Shown here: one piece after another, positions 31,852 through 32,000 of the stretch
Layout: each line of letters starts with the position of its first letter
Numbering within the stretch: position 1 is the first letter of the stretch
NCBI GenBank assembly: GCA_000503875.1
Contig: CP006913.1
Span: 900,001-932,000 of the forward strand
Source of the DNA: Candidatus Saccharimonadota bacterium
GTDB taxonomy: Bacteria > Patescibacteriota > Gracilibacteria > Absconditabacterales > Absconditicoccaceae
Direction of reading: 5' to 3'
Length of the DNA: 32,000 nucleotides
The notes under the pieces: generated by a model
What the model saw: only the letters and a program-made list of their open reading frames with translations
What the model was told of the DNA's origin: nothing
The model's database searches: none
Position numbers and translations under genes: made by a program

Positions 31852-32000
31852 ATGAACGAACCACTTTCATCACTCCTCAGACCACAAACATTAGACGAAT
31901 GTATAGGACAACAACATCTCATTGGAGAAGGTAAACCTATACGTGGTTTTTTGGAACAAAAAAAAATTCCTTCAATGTTATTCCGATGACCTCCAGGCTG
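31852..32000 (+). CDS. rarA: Replication-associated recombination protein A (RarA/MgsA AAA+ ATPase), 3' end cut by the window edge
   Basis: From ATG 31852: MNEPLSSLLRPQTLDECIGQQHLIGEGKPIRGFLEQKKIPSMLF[CGA][TGA]PPG. This matches the RarA N-terminus up to the Walker A lead-in (SMILWGPPG in E. coli). Confidence 0.8.

Noticed and set aside
1-32000. Apparent wholesale pseudogenisation: every conserved gene is split into 2-6 fragments in the provided track.
   Set aside because: All breaks are TGA. The fragments share one frame and rejoin into normal-length proteins that end at TAA or TAG. This is recoding, not decay.
1-32000. TGA read as tryptophan (table 4, Mycoplasma-like), which the low GC content might suggest.
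   Set aside because: TGA falls on invariant Gly positions (DFETTG, GRG, PVPGGIGP, YEGYGP, GPPG), not on Trp positions. Trp positions are TGG or, intriguingly, CGA.
1-32000. Search for CRISPR arrays, rRNA/tRNA genes, transposases, integrases, phage genes or known defence systems.
   Set aside because: I found no direct-repeat/spacer periodicity, no cloverleaf candidates, and no recognisable recombinase, nuclease-helicase defence or phage structural motifs in any frame under table 25.

Overview
This is a visibly AT-rich bacterial chromosome segment. The supplied standard-code ORF track breaks nearly every real gene at in-frame TGA codons. Reading TGA as glycine (translation table 25, the Gracilibacteria / Absconditabacteria-SR1 type of the Candidate Phyla Radiation) restores full-length, recognisable proteins. 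These are an RNR beta subunit (partial), a YidD-Fmt fusion, YebC, dCMP deaminase, FolD, a DnaQ-exonuclease/DinG-like protein and RarA (partial). CGA codons also sit at conserved tryptophan positions in several housekeeping alignments, which suggests a second reassignment (CGA -> Trp). The right-hand ~20 kb looks like a cell-surface island made of two converging operons. On the plus strand, four genes for signal-peptide/TM proteins (one carrying HExxH) sit tightly packed behind the exonuclease gene. They meet a three-gene minus-strand operon with a 4-nt stop-codon overlap. That minus-strand operon holds one uninterrupted 13,188-nt ORF (~4,395 aa), a Cys-rich secreted protein and a TrbC/VirB2-like (T4SS-pilin-like) two-TM protein. 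The giant ORF has a signal peptide, Ig-like segments, FG-GAP/VCBS-like repeats and a proline-rich module. I saw no rRNA, tRNA, CRISPR array, transposase or integrase. All translations and alignments were done by eye from memory of family consensus sequences; nothing was computed or searched.
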